A DNA stretch of 64,000 bases from Candidatus Poribacteria bacterium (GCA_965215015.1 OZ244042.1:1600001-1664000); one strand, 5' to 3'. Positions 17,881 to 27,769 are shown, counted from the stretch's first letter. The notes: generated by a model not told the origin, from the sequence alone. A program made the numbers and translations.

Positions 17881-19809
17881 GTGTCTAAAGTGCCTGAAGC
17901 GACCTTCCACAACGGTCTGACGCTCAAATCCTTTCTCATTGCCCTATGCCTCATTCCGATCAATATTTACTGGATCGTTCAACTTGAAGTCATCCGCTAC
18001 ACATTCCCAACGCTCGTCCATCCCCTATCAAATGTTATTTTTATTGTATTTTGGCTACTTCTGATTGGGTACGGTCTCAAGAAAATTTCTCCAAAACTCG
18101 GGATTAGTTCGCCGGAGCTTCTGACAATCTATGTCATGTTGGGTATCGTATCATCTCTCGGCTCGGCAGACATGATGCAAATTTTGATCACGATTTTGGG
18201 GCACCCCTTCCGCTTTGCGACGCCTGAAAACCAATGGCGCGAACTGTTCTGGAAGGAACTTCCCTCTTGGCTCACCGTCCAAGATGAAAAGGTACTAACC
18301 CCCTATTACGAAGGGGGATCCAGCTTCTATATCAAACGGCACCTGTATGCGTGGCTCCGCCCCGCTCTGGCATACATCCTATTTATCTTTGTGCTGATGT
18401 TTGTGATGCTGTGCATCAATACGCTGTTACGGATTCAGTGGACGGAACGGGAACGACTGACTTACCCAATTATTCAACTTCCACTGGAGATGACGGATAC
18501 CAGCAACAGGTTCTTTAAAAATAAACTGATGTGGCTTGGCTTCAGCATCGCTGCGTTGATTAGTATAGTGAATCTGCTCAATTCGATTTACCCCACTGTT
18601 CCCTATATTCCCGTCAAGCGTCAGAATCTACATCAATATTTCACCGTCCGCCCTTGGAATGCGATGGGCTCCTTCCGAATCTCGTTCTATCCCTTTGTCA
18701 TCGGCATTAGTTTCCTTATACCACTAGATCTCCTCTTTTCATGCTGGATGTTTTACGGAGTCTATAAGATCGAACTAATGGTCGGTAACATAATGGGGTG
18801 GCGCAATCTGCCGCGTTTTCCTTATTTTAACGAGCAGGCCTTGGGTGTCTACGTTGGGCTACTCGCATTTGCGCTGTGGATCGGCAGAGTCCATTTCAAA
18901 GGATTGGGGCGCCATCTGCTACGCTCATCTCCACTCGATGATTCCCGTGAACCGATACCATACCGCTTGGCGGTCGCCGGCATATTACTTGGATTAATAT
19001 TCTTGACAGTATTTTCCTACAGAGCGGGGATGTCCTTGTGGGTTACTCCAATCTTTTTCGGGATTTACTTCCTATTAGCAATAATGATTGCGAGACTCCG
19101 TGCGGAATTGGGTTTTTTAGTACACGATTTGCATCAGATTGACCCGCACAACACGCTCGTCATCGTATTTGGTACACGCCGCCTGGGACCTGGCACATTG
19201 ACCGTCTTTTCGCTATATCAGTTTTTCAATCGTGCCTATCGGGCTCACCCGATGCCACCGCAACTGGAAGGCCTGAAAATCGCTGAAAGGCGAAATATCA
19301 ATCCGCGTCATATAGCTGCAGCGATTCTACTTGCCACCTTAATTGGATCCGTAAGTGTTTTTTGGGTGTTGTTAGATAATTACTACCAACACGGCGCGGA
19401 AACGGGGTACTATGGACCATGGGCCCTAGGGTACGGACGAGCCATCTATCGTCAACTCGAAAACTGGCTGAACTATCCCCAAGAGACGGATCTCCCAGCT
19501 CTCACTTTCATGGGAGGCGGACTCAGTTTCGCAGCACTACTCATGTTCCTAAGAACACGCTTTCTGTGGTGGCCCCTCCATCCACTCGGCTATGCCATGG
19601 CAAATAGCTGGGGAATGTTCAATCTGTGGGCGTGTCTCTTTGTCGCATGGGTGGCGAAAGCACTCATCCTACGCCACGGTGGGCTTAAAGCGTATCGACA
19701 GGCGATTCCCTTCTTTTTAGGTCTTGCCCTAGGAGACTATATTTTCGGCAGCCTTTGGAGTATTATCAGCATTGCAGCCAATACTACTCTGTATCAATTT
19801 TTTCCCTAG
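17881..19809 (+). CDS. Polytopic membrane protein, putative transporter (DUF6785/DUF6784-like)
   Basis: QWTERERLTYPI, RLRAELG, WWPLHPLGY, PFFLGLALGD. Confidence 0.7.
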   Translation: MSKVPEATFHNGLTLKSFLIALCLIPINIYWIVQLEVIRYTFPTLVHPLSNVIFIVFWLLLIGYGLKKISPKLGISSPELLTIYVMLGIVSSLGSADMMQILITILGHPFRFATPENQWRELFWKELPSWLTVQDEKVLTPYYEGGSSFYIKRHLYAWLRPALAYILFIFVLMFVMLCINTLLRIQWTERERLTYPIIQLPLEMTDTSNRFFKNKLMWLGFSIAALISIVNLLNSIYPTVPYIPVKRQNLHQYFTVRPWNAMGSFRISFYPFVIGISFLIPLDLLFSCWMFYGVYKIELMVGNIMGWRNLPRFPYFNEQALGVYVGLLAFALWIGRVHFKGLGRHLLRSSPLDDSREPIPYRLAVAGILLGLIFLTVFSYRAGMSLWVTPIFFGIYFLLAIMIARLRAELGFLVHDLHQIDPHNTLVIVFGTRRLGPGTLTVFSLYQFFNRAYRAHPMPPQLEGLKIAERRNINPRHIAAAILLATLIGSVSVFWVLLDNYYQHGAETGYYGPWALGYGRAIYRQLENWLNYPQETDLPALTFMGGGLSFAALLMFLRTRFLWWPLHPLGYAMANSWGMFNLWACLFVAWVAKALILRHGGLKAYRQAIPFFLGLALGDYIFGSLWSIISIAANTTLYQFFP

Positions 19810-19866
19810 CCGATAGAGCTAATTTTGATCTGCTTGTAATGGATATCAACACATATAGGCGGTGAA

Positions 19867-21849
19867 ATGAACAGTACATCAACAGAACCTCAAAATACCC
19901 GTTTTACCCTGATAGGAAATACCCCTGTGCCCTTCCAAAGTGGTTTAACGCTTAAATCATTCGTTATCGCTGTCCTACTGATTCCAATCACTGTTGCCTG
20001 GATCATTCAGCTTGAGGTGGTTCGTCATACCTTCCCAACACTTGTTCATCCGCTCTCACATGTCATTTTTACGCTCTTCTGGCTCGTTCTAATCGGGTGG
20101 ATATTCGGCAAAATCTCACCTAAACTCGGCCTCTCTCAACAGGAACTCCTCACAATCTACTTCATGCTGTGTATTGTCTCTACCCTGTGTTCATATGACT
20201 GTATGGAGATCTTCGTGCCGATCATGGCGCATGCATTCCGATTTGCCAGTCCCGAAAACGAATGGCGTCAACTGTTTTGGCGACAGCTTCCGGAATGGCT
20301 CACCGTTCACGATGAAAAAGCGGTGACCGCTCTTTATGAAGGGGGGTCAAGTCTCTACATTGAGAGGTATTTGAAGGCGTGGCTCATTCCGGCGGTGGCG
20401 TGGATGGCGTTTCTTTTCGCGTGGATGGTTGTGATGCTATGTGTCAACGCGCTGTTACGGGTTCAGTGGATTGAGCGCGAGCGGTTGACTTACCCCTTGA
20501 CTCAACTTCCGTTAGAGATGACCAATCCTAGGTTGGGGTTCTTCAGAAACAGATTGATGTGGTTCGGTTTCGGCATCGCCGCCTTGATTAGTATTGTGAA
20601 CCTGCTCCATTCAATCAACCCGGTTGTCCCCTATATTCCTGTCAAGCGCCAGAGCATCAGTCACTATTTTACCACCCGCCCTTGGAATGGGATGGGAGGG
20701 GTGCAAGTCGCTTTTTATCCTTTTGCGATTGGTATTGGTTTCCTCATACCGCTAGATCTCCTGTTTTCATGCTGGGCGTTTTTCTGGATCTACAAGATTG
20801 AACTGATGGTCGGCAGCGTCATGGGTTGGCGAGGGCTCCCGCGCTTCCCTTACCCCGCCGAACAAGGCTTCGGTGTATATATGGGGCTACTAGGATTCGT
20901 CCTCTGGACTGGCAGATCCCATATCAAAAGTCTGGTGCGTCATCTGTTTAGCTCTCGCGCCTCCCCGTCGCAACTAGATGATTCTGGCGAACCAATGCCA
21001 TATCGTCTTGCATTCGCGGGTATCCTGATCGGTATGATTTTTCTGATGGCATTTTCCTATAAAGCCGGCATGTCGTTATGGGTGATTCCCATTTTTTTCG
21101 CAATCTACTTCTTATTAGCGATAATGGTTACCCGACTAAGGGCAGAGTTGGGGTTCCTAGTGCACGGTTTGAAATACATCAGTCCACATAACATGATTAT
21201 TGTCGGTGTTGGCACATGGCGACTTAATTCCAGCACACTGACGGTTTTTTCGCTGTACATGTTTTTCAATCGCGCCAACTGGGCAAATCCAATGCCGGAG
21301 CAGCTAGAAGCCTTGAAAATCTCGGAAAGGCGGCATATTAACCCGCGCCATACAGCCATTGCTATTCTGCTTGCGACGGTGATTGGATCGGGGGTGACCT
21401 TTTGGCTGTTGTTGGATGTCTATTATCGACATGGCGCGGAATCTGGATACTTTGATCCCGCCACATTGGGATTTGGACGTGATGTCTATGTGCAGCTTGA
21501 AAATTGGCTGAACTCTCCCAAAGAGCCAGATCGCCCAGCACTCGCCTTTATGGGGGGAGGACTTGTGTTTACTATCTTGCTGATGTTTTTGCGAGCGCGC
21601 TTCCTATGGTGGCCTCTCCATCCACTCGGCTATGCAACAGCACAGAGTTGGGGGATGGGGAATCTGTGGTGCTGTTTATTTGTTGCCTGGGCCTGCAAGG
21701 CTGTCATCCTGCGTTATAGCGGATTCAACGCATATCGACGCGCAATTCCGTTCTTTTTAGGACTCGCGTTAGGAGACTATATCTTGGGGAGCCTTTGGAG
21801 TATTTTAGACATTCCAACCACTATCTCTTTATACCTATTTTTCCCTTAA
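19867..21849 (+). CDS. Polytopic membrane protein, putative transporter (DUF6785/DUF6784-like)
   Basis: Close tandem paralog of 17881-19809. Confidence 0.7.
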   Translation: MNSTSTEPQNTRFTLIGNTPVPFQSGLTLKSFVIAVLLIPITVAWIIQLEVVRHTFPTLVHPLSHVIFTLFWLVLIGWIFGKISPKLGLSQQELLTIYFMLCIVSTLCSYDCMEIFVPIMAHAFRFASPENEWRQLFWRQLPEWLTVHDEKAVTALYEGGSSLYIERYLKAWLIPAVAWMAFLFAWMVVMLCVNALLRVQWIERERLTYPLTQLPLEMTNPRLGFFRNRLMWFGFGIAALISIVNLLHSINPVVPYIPVKRQSISHYFTTRPWNGMGGVQVAFYPFAIGIGFLIPLDLLFSCWAFFWIYKIELMVGSVMGWRGLPRFPYPAEQGFGVYMGLLGFVLWTGRSHIKSLVRHLFSSRASPSQLDDSGEPMPYRLAFAGILIGMIFLMAFSYKAGMSLWVIPIFFAIYFLLAIMVTRLRAELGFLVHGLKYISPHNMIIVGVGTWRLNSSTLTVFSLYMFFNRANWANPMPEQLEALKISERRHINPRHTAIAILLATVIGSGVTFWLLLDVYYRHGAESGYFDPATLGFGRDVYVQLENWLNSPKEPDRPALAFMGGGLVFTILLMFLRARFLWWPLHPLGYATAQSWGMGNLWCCLFVAWACKAVILRYSGFNAYRRAIPFFLGLALGDYILGSLWSILDIPTTISLYLFFP

Positions 21850-21886
21850 TATACGAGGGGGTATCGCTTTGAATCAAAGTGCTCGC

Positions 21887-22792
21887 TCAACCGAGTCGTG
21901 TCAAATACTGCCCCACGATGTCTACCCCTACGAGGTCACTATATGCTTTCTGGAGGTGGCCGGTAACCGGACCCGGTACACCCCCCTCACCGATGGTTAA
22001 GCCGTTGACAGAGGACACAGAGCATATGCAGAAACTGGTAGAGGTCACGAAGGCTTCGTCCGCCGTATAAACATCATAGAGATCGATATCCCCCTCATCC
22101 ACCTTCATGTTCAGGCCTTGGGCGAGCTCAATGGCAGTCTCACGGCTTATGCCTGCTAGAACGTACTGCTCCTTTGGTGTAACGACTACCCCATTTTTCA
22201 CTATGAAGAAGTTGCTCCCGAGTCCTTCGGATATATTACCGTTGATGTCCAACAAGATAGAGAAGGCGTCCGGGTTCTGTGCCTTTACCTCCTGATCGGC
22301 AAGGACGAGGTTAATGTAATTGTGCACCTTGACCCTAGGACTCATGCACTCAGGCGGCGTCCGTCTTATCGAAGGGATGATGACGGTCAGACCGTCACGG
22401 TAATACCGGGCCCTCGCAGCAAACGGTAAAGGGTTGCACTCGATGATTACCGTTGGCTTATATTTGCCCCCTCCCGTGGGGACACCTCTGCTAATCCGCT
22501 GTATCACCCAATAGTCATCGTCTGCTCCCAACAGGGGTTGATTTGCCTCTAATACCTGCATGGTCAACTCTGCCATCCGTTGCGGGGAAATCCCCGGATC
22601 AAGGCGCATATATTTTAGCGATCTGTACAACCGATCCAGATGCTCCCTCAGTTTGAATATCACCCCTCCGAAAGTACGGGTCGCATCGAAGACCGCATCC
22701 CCGGTTACAAATCCCTGGTCCCGGAAGGAGATCTTCGCCTCGCTCTCTAAGACTATCTCTCCATTGATGTATACCACACGTTCTTGAGCCAT
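21887..22792 (-). CDS. Class IV aminotransferase (BCAT/D-amino-acid aminotransferase family)
   Basis: VYINGE, D.GF..GDAVFD, HLDRL, K.HNY, ISEG.GSNFF, LAGISR, ADEAFVTST. Confidence 0.9.
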   Translation of the reverse strand: MAQERVVYINGEIVLESEAKISFRDQGFVTGDAVFDATRTFGGVIFKLREHLDRLYRSLKYMRLDPGISPQRMAELTMQVLEANQPLLGADDDYWVIQRISRGVPTGGGKYKPTVIIECNPLPFAARARYYRDGLTVIIPSIRRTPPECMSPRVKVHNYINLVLADQEVKAQNPDAFSILLDINGNISEGLGSNFFIVKNGVVVTPKEQYVLAGISRETAIELAQGLNMKVDEGDIDLYDVYTADEAFVTSTSFCICSVSSVNGLTIGEGGVPGPVTGHLQKAYSDLVGVDIVGQYLTRLG

Positions 22793-22998
22793 GTTGTTTT
22801 CCTGCTCCTTGAAGCTATAGACTACCCGAAAAGTTCGCTACACTGCTCAGATTTGCCCTCAAAGTAAAGGTTTCTAAACCGTGCCGATTGGTTTCTTCAT
22901 CTGGGTCGGGTAGAGGTTGTTTCCTGATGTGATGTACAGGATTTTGTGCTGGGCCTCGCGATCAAAAACGACATTGAACTCGGTGATTAATATTGTTC

Positions 22999-23259
22999 CT
23001 ACTTCTCCACTGATGAAAATTCATCTGCCAACCGTAAAAGTTGTTCTTCTGGAAGATTAGTGATTTCAGAGATAAGCGTCATCTCCATTCCTTTGGCAAG
23101 CATCGCCTTGGCAGTTTCAATCTTCCCTTCAATTCTACCTTCCTGCTTGCCCTCGAGCAGACCTTCCTGCTTCCCTTCAATTCTACCTTCCTGCTTGCCC
23201 TCAAGCAGACCATTTTGAAAAATCTGACGCCTTTCTCGCTCTAACGCTGTTACTAACAT
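22999..23259 (-). CDS. Free-standing Rpn C-terminal small protein (RpnS-like, 86 aa) within a duplicated 3' segment extending to ~23404
   Basis: Near-exact copy of the 3' part of 23468-24550, including the GAGGAGGT-N7-ATG internal RBS. It has fewer EGxx repeats and a different tail (RLADEFSSVEK). Confidence 0.7.
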   Translation of the reverse strand: MLVTALERERRQIFQNGLLEGKQEGRIEGKQEGLLEGKQEGRIEGKIETAKAMLAKGMEMTLISEITNLPEEQLLRLADEFSSVEK

Positions 23260-23467
23260 CGTACTCACCTCCTCTTCGCTGCGATAAATGAAATCAAGCG
23301 ACTCGTAATCTGCTGATCCTATCCGACCATGGAGAGCCAACTGCCTGAACCAGTTTAAAAACAAACTGACAGCCTCTTTGTCCACCTCCGAAAACAATCC
23401 CAACGCAAAGCTTGTATCCCAAAGATAAATCTTTCGGCTTTACGGGTTAAAGCCCCTATCGGTAAGG

Positions 23468-23833
23468 TCAGGATTTACACACTTCTGACACTAAGCCCTC
23501 CCCTCTCAACTGCAAAAGTTGTTCTTCTGGAAGATTAGTGATTTCGGAGATGAGCCTCATCTCCATTCCCTTGGCAAGCATCGCCTTTGCCGTTTCAATC
23601 TTCCCTTCAATTCTGCCTTTCTGCTCACCCTCAAGCAGACCTTCCTGCTTGCCCTCAAGCAAACCTTCCTGCTTCCCTTCAATTCTACCTTCCTGCTTGC
23701 CCTCGAGCAAACCTTCCTGCTTCCCTTCAATTCTACCTTCCTGCTTGCCCTCAAGCAAACCTTCTTGCTTGCCCTCAAGCAGACCATTTTGGAAAATCTG
23801 ACGCCTTTCTCGCTCTAACGCTGTTACTAACAT
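23468..23833 (-). CDS. Internal in-frame small ORF (RpnS-like antitoxin, 121 aa)
   Basis: AGAGGAGGTGAGTACG-ATG: strong SD 7 nt before the internal Met of MLVTALERERRQ. Matches the known RpnL/RpnS gene-within-gene arrangement. Confidence 0.65.
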   Translation of the reverse strand: MLVTALERERRQIFQNGLLEGKQEGLLEGKQEGRIEGKQEGLLEGKQEGRIEGKQEGLLEGKQEGLLEGEQKGRIEGKIETAKAMLAKGMEMRLISEITNLPEEQLLQLRGEGLVSEVCKS

Positions 23834-24550
23834 CGTACTCACCTCCTCTTCGCTGCGGTAAATGAAATCAAGCGACTCGTAATCTGCTGATCCTATCCGA
23901 CCATGGAGAGCCAACTGCCTGAACCAGTTTAAAAACAAACTGACCGCCTCTTTGTCCACCTCCGAAGAAAACAGATTCAACAGCTCTACCTCCAGCAAAT
24001 CTAAGTCGTAATGTGATTCTGCCAAAAACAAAGTCGATACTATGTTTCGGATGGTCAACAACGCTTCCTGACTGTATTGGTTCTCAGCAATTAGGAAATA
24101 CTGAAAATCTAAGGCGAATGCACCAAGGGGTGGATCCCGCTCAATCAACCCCGAAAGATTCACCGGGGCCGTCCAAGATGCTTCTCCATTATACAACACG
24201 ATTGGAAAAACTGCCGGCAGCCTTTTGACACCTCTGTTATTGACGAGAAAATCCATGTAAAAGTTGGTGATGTAGTTGAGGACACGCAACGCCATGAACG
24301 GGTCAACGGTGGATTGAAACTCGATGAGAATATAGATGTAGACCTCACGGTCATGAAACTGGATTTTGTAGACTAAGTCACTCTCTGTTTCTTTGTAGTG
24401 TTCGGAGATAAAGGATTTATCTAGGGGTTCACAGTTGTCGAAATCCAGCTGAGCGACCCATTCTTGGTTGACGAATGTCTCAAGGAGCTGCTGAAATATG
24501 GTACGATTTGAGAATAGCTTCTTATAGCCGCTGTCGTGAATGTTCATCAT
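23468..24550 (-). CDS. Rpn family recombination-promoting nuclease / PD-(D/E)XK putative transposase
   Basis: HDSGYKKLFS, ESDLVY, ILIEFQSTVDPFMALRVLNY, LPAVFPIVLYNG..SW, EGxx repeats, AKAMLAKGM..ISEITNL tail. Confidence 0.9.
   Translation of the reverse strand: MMNIHDSGYKKLFSNRTIFQQLLETFVNQEWVAQLDFDNCEPLDKSFISEHYKETESDLVYKIQFHDREVYIYILIEFQSTVDPFMALRVLNYITNFYMDFLVNNRGVKRLPAVFPIVLYNGEASWTAPVNLSGLIERDPPLGAFALDFQYFLIAENQYSQEALLTIRNIVSTLFLAESHYDLDLLEVELLNLFSSEVDKEAVSLFLNWFRQLALHGRIGSADYESLDFIYRSEEEVSTMLVTALERERRQIFQNGLLEGKQEGLLEGKQEGRIEGKQEGLLEGKQEGRIEGKQEGLLEGKQEGLLEGEQKGRIEGKIETAKAMLAKGMEMRLISEITNLPEEQLLQLRGEGLVSEVCKS
23596..23787 (-). repeat. In-frame 12-bp (4-aa) tandem repeats EGKQ/EGLL/EGRI
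   Basis: 16 four-residue units (NGLL...EGKI) here versus 8 in the downstream duplicate. Confidence 0.9.
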
Positions 24551-24607
24551 TAACACCTTTTCAACGAATAGGGCAGACAAATCCTTTCCGGTGCTGAGTA
24601 ACGATTT

Positions 24608-25399
24608 CTATCGCTCCGGGAGCAGTGCTGTCAGGCCGCCATCAATAACGAAATTAGCACCGGTAATATTGGTCGCCCTCTCGCTGCACAAGAATAGTGC
24701 CAGTTCTGCGACTTCTTGCGGTGATGTAAAGCGGCGGGTTGGATATTGTGAGCACCAGACCTGCCATTGCTCATCTTTGGTACGGTTAAACAGGCGCGCC
24801 GCTTGGTCAACTGCAGCCTCCAATAATGGCGTTTCCACCGACCCGGGTGAGATAGCGTTGGCGCGGATGCCATATTTTGCCAAATCAATGGCTTCGCTCC
24901 GGGTGAGCGATAGTAACCCGGCTTTGGTCACTGAATAGACCATCGCATCTTCTTGGTTCGCCAAGCCTGACACCGAAGCAATGTTGAGAATAGCACCGCC
25001 TTGTTGTTTGATATATGGCACCGAATATTTTGCCATCAGAAAAGCGGAGGTGAGGTTGACTGAGACTGTCCTATCCCACATTGACAGCGAGAGTGCTTCG
25101 ACATCTCCCGGACAATCGACAATGCCGACAGTATTGATCAGGCAGTCAATTGTCCCAAAGGTTTGGGCAACTGTTTCACAAAAACTACGCACCGGGGCTT
25201 CATCAACAACATCAATCGCACCGCTGTGGACGGTTGTCCCCGCTTGTCGATATTTTTTAGCGGTGCGTGAGAGTTCGTCTCGGCGTATGTCACAAAGGGC
25301 TAATGTGGCACCGGCATCCGCGAATTTTTCAGCGACTACCTCTCCGATGCCGCCACATGCACCAGTGATGATGACTACCTTGTTCTTGTAGTTTTCCAA
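24608..25399 (-). CDS. SDR family oxidoreductase
   Basis: ITGACGGIG, NIAS, YSVTK, IRANAISPG, IDGG. Confidence 0.9.
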   Translation of the reverse strand: MENYKNKVVIITGACGGIGEVVAEKFADAGATLALCDIRRDELSRTAKKYRQAGTTVHSGAIDVVDEAPVRSFCETVAQTFGTIDCLINTVGIVDCPGDVEALSLSMWDRTVSVNLTSAFLMAKYSVPYIKQQGGAILNIASVSGLANQEDAMVYSVTKAGLLSLTRSEAIDLAKYGIRANAISPGSVETPLLEAAVDQAARLFNRTKDEQWQVWCSQYPTRRFTSPQEVAELALFLCSERATNITGANFVIDGGLTALLPER

Positions 25400-25420
25400 T
25401 CGCTTCGCTCCGTTATGTGA

Positions 25421-25897
25421 TTAGCTGGCCGCTTTGTCGAAATTCTCGTGCCAGTAAATCGCTTCAATTGCACGATACTTTCCCTCTGTTTCAAAGTTCA
25501 TGCTGTGAACTTTGGGTGTGCGCTGATCCGTCCGATTGCTGATTGCTTCCGCGTTGCCAATGTAAAACCCCACGTGTCTACGAATCCTACCGTCGGGAAA
25601 TTCTGTCGGTTCCCAGACGAGGACACTGCCAACTTTCGGCTCTTCTATCTTGTTCCAACCTGACCGTTGGAGATTTGCCTCTAGCCCCCTGACGGTTGTG
25701 TGTAGGTCATCTATCAGTTTACAGTGGAAGAGTACCGATGAAACAAAATAGGCACAAGAAAGTATTCCATCTCGTAGAATATCTGTTTCTTCCCCGTCAA
25801 CAGAAGCGTATAGATTTCGGAATAGATCCGAACCAACACTGCGATGAACCATTAGCATGTAATTCTTAAAACGATTTAGCTGAACTGTTTGCGCCAA
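25421..25897 (-). CDS. Hypothetical protein with NlpC/P60-like Cys/His motifs
   Basis: SCAYFVSSVL ... P.VGSVLVW ... HVGFYIG..AISN. Confidence 0.5.
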   Translation of the reverse strand: MAQTVQLNRFKNYMLMVHRSVGSDLFRNLYASVDGEETDILRDGILSCAYFVSSVLFHCKLIDDLHTTVRGLEANLQRSGWNKIEEPKVGSVLVWEPTEFPDGRIRRHVGFYIGNAEAISNRTDQRTPKVHSMNFETEGKYRAIEAIYWHENFDKAAS

Positions 25898-25950
25898 AAT
25901 ATTCCTCCGATTAAAGACTCATATGATTTCTCGAAAGCACATTCCGCCCA

Positions 25951-26574
25951 TTACGTGAGATCTGACTTATAGCCTCCAAACAAGGCGCGCCCTTCCGTCT
26001 GCCAAAAACACTCCACATCAACAAACCCAATATTTTTAAGCCAAACGACCTGATCCTCGACCGTCCCAAAGGGATCGTGGTTGTCGCGCACGGGATCGCC
26101 GGATTTTCGGACCAAATCGTGGTTGGCGAAACAGCCACCCGGTTTCAGCAGCTGGAAGATTTCTGCGTATAACGCCCGTTTACGGTCATCAACAACATGG
26201 TGAATGGCTCGCGACGAGACCACTGCATCAAACAGTCGATCCGCGGATAGGGTTGCTAACCAATCTGGAGAATCAAAGTTCGATACAACAAAACAGAGTT
26301 GATCCCCCCAATCTGCTAGCCGCGCTTTCCCATGCTTTAGCATCTCCGCTGACCCATCGAGACACACCACCTGTGCATTTGGATAAGCAGTGAGAATCTC
26401 GCGTGTTACAATTCCATATCCGGCACCGAGATCTAACACCTCAATACATGCTTCAGAGCTGCATCGAATCAAACCCGCGAGTGCCGTAATCTGTTCCGCC
26501 CGTTGCGAGTCTGTTTTGTCACCATCTTCTATCCATTGACAAACATATTCGGGTGAATCCCATTCGTGTGGCAT
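25951..26574 (-). CDS. Class I SAM-dependent methyltransferase
   Basis: VLDLGAGYG, FDAVVS..AIHH, LKPGG. Confidence 0.88.
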   Translation of the reverse strand: MPHEWDSPEYVCQWIEDGDKTDSQRAEQITALAGLIRCSSEACIEVLDLGAGYGIVTREILTAYPNAQVVCLDGSAEMLKHGKARLADWGDQLCFVVSNFDSPDWLATLSADRLFDAVVSSRAIHHVVDDRKRALYAEIFQLLKPGGCFANHDLVRKSGDPVRDNHDPFGTVEDQVVWLKNIGFVDVECFWQTEGRALFGGYKSDLT

Positions 26575-26665
26575 CGCATTTCTCCTTTCAATGAATCAGA
26601 AATTATTAGATTAACAGTTTGCCTCTTGGTACAGGTCCTACAAAACAGAGCCGAAACTTGTTGAC

Positions 26666-27754
26666 CTAGCGAATCGCCGCTAACACACGCTTCATCAATT
26701 CATCAGCGTGGTCTGCTTCTATCCACCGCGCCACGACCACCAAATCGTTTTCCGGTTCAATCCAGATCATGTTCCGGCCAGCACCCAGAGCATAGAAATT
26801 ACTCTCCGGCGCGCTTGGGAACAGTTGCCTGCCTGTATTAAGCCACCACATATAACCATACTCCAGTTTAACCGGACACGGTGTGGTCGCTAAATCTATC
26901 CATCGTTCAGAGATTACCTGCCGGTCCCCCCAGTGGCCGCGGCGCAGAAACAGATAACCAAACCGTGCGTGATCTCTAGTACTAATCCATACTCCACCGC
27001 CCCAATGACCCCCACCACTGACCGACTGCATCTTCAGGCCATCAATTGTCAACCACGAATTTCGGTAGCCATACCATCTCCACGTATCGGAAGCACCAAT
27101 AGGGTCCATCACGTTGGTTTTTAGCAGCTGTGGTAACGGCTTACGCCAGATATGCAGCAGAGAGAGTGCCAGCCGGTTGACGCGCACATCATTGTAAGCA
27201 AAGACTCTACCAGGGGCTTGAAGTGGGGTATCAGGCCCCTGTTCTCCCTGATTGTCGGCATAGTGGGGTTTGTCCCAAAGGGTTCCTTCCCACTCGCTCG
27301 TCTGTTGAAGCAAATGGTGCCAAGTGATTTGGGCGTTGTGTGGCGAATCAAATCCACCATCGTTTACATAATCCCGGACAGGTTGATGTACATCTTGAAT
27401 GAGTCCACGGTCTAGTGCTAGCCCTGCCACCGTAGATAGGTAACTCTTACTGACACTGAACGTCATATCGACACGCTGCGTCTCGCCCCACTCGGCAATA
27501 ATGTAGCCGTGCCGCAAGATAAGCCCGTTGGTCGCGGCCCGATCTTTTATCGGTCCGATAACCTCGTTGTGGGATTCCTCCCTTTCGTTTTCGGTGTAGT
27601 GCAATCTCATTTTACGAGACCATGCGGTTTCGTGCGTCTGGGCATAGCGAATCGCCTCGTCGAGGGAGTCAGCGTCAATACCCACCTCTCCTGGCTTTTT
27701 GCGTTCCCAATCTTCACCTTGTTCAGGATAGTATACATCTTGTGTGAACTGCAT
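26666..27754 (-). CDS. Serine hydrolase, beta-lactamase family
   Basis: FSVSKS (SxxK), IT.HHLLQQTS, F.YND, YGYMWWLN. Confidence 0.88.
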   Translation of the reverse strand: MQFTQDVYYPEQGEDWERKKPGEVGIDADSLDEAIRYAQTHETAWSRKMRLHYTENEREESHNEVIGPIKDRAATNGLILRHGYIIAEWGETQRVDMTFSVSKSYLSTVAGLALDRGLIQDVHQPVRDYVNDGGFDSPHNAQITWHHLLQQTSEWEGTLWDKPHYADNQGEQGPDTPLQAPGRVFAYNDVRVNRLALSLLHIWRKPLPQLLKTNVMDPIGASDTWRWYGYRNSWLTIDGLKMQSVSGGGHWGGGVWISTRDHARFGYLFLRRGHWGDRQVISERWIDLATTPCPVKLEYGYMWWLNTGRQLFPSAPESNFYALGAGRNMIWIEPENDLVVVARWIEADHADELMKRVLAAIR

Positions 27755-27769
27755 CGTTAAACCTCCAAT

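Noticed and set aside
22999-23403. 134-aa TTG-initiated ORF as the real product of the rpn duplicate
   Set aside because: No SD before the TTG; the ATG at 23259 has a strong SD.
23041-23865. Overlapping repetitive ORFs on the opposite strand and other frames of rpn
   Set aside because: Shadow ORFs created by the 12-bp repeat.
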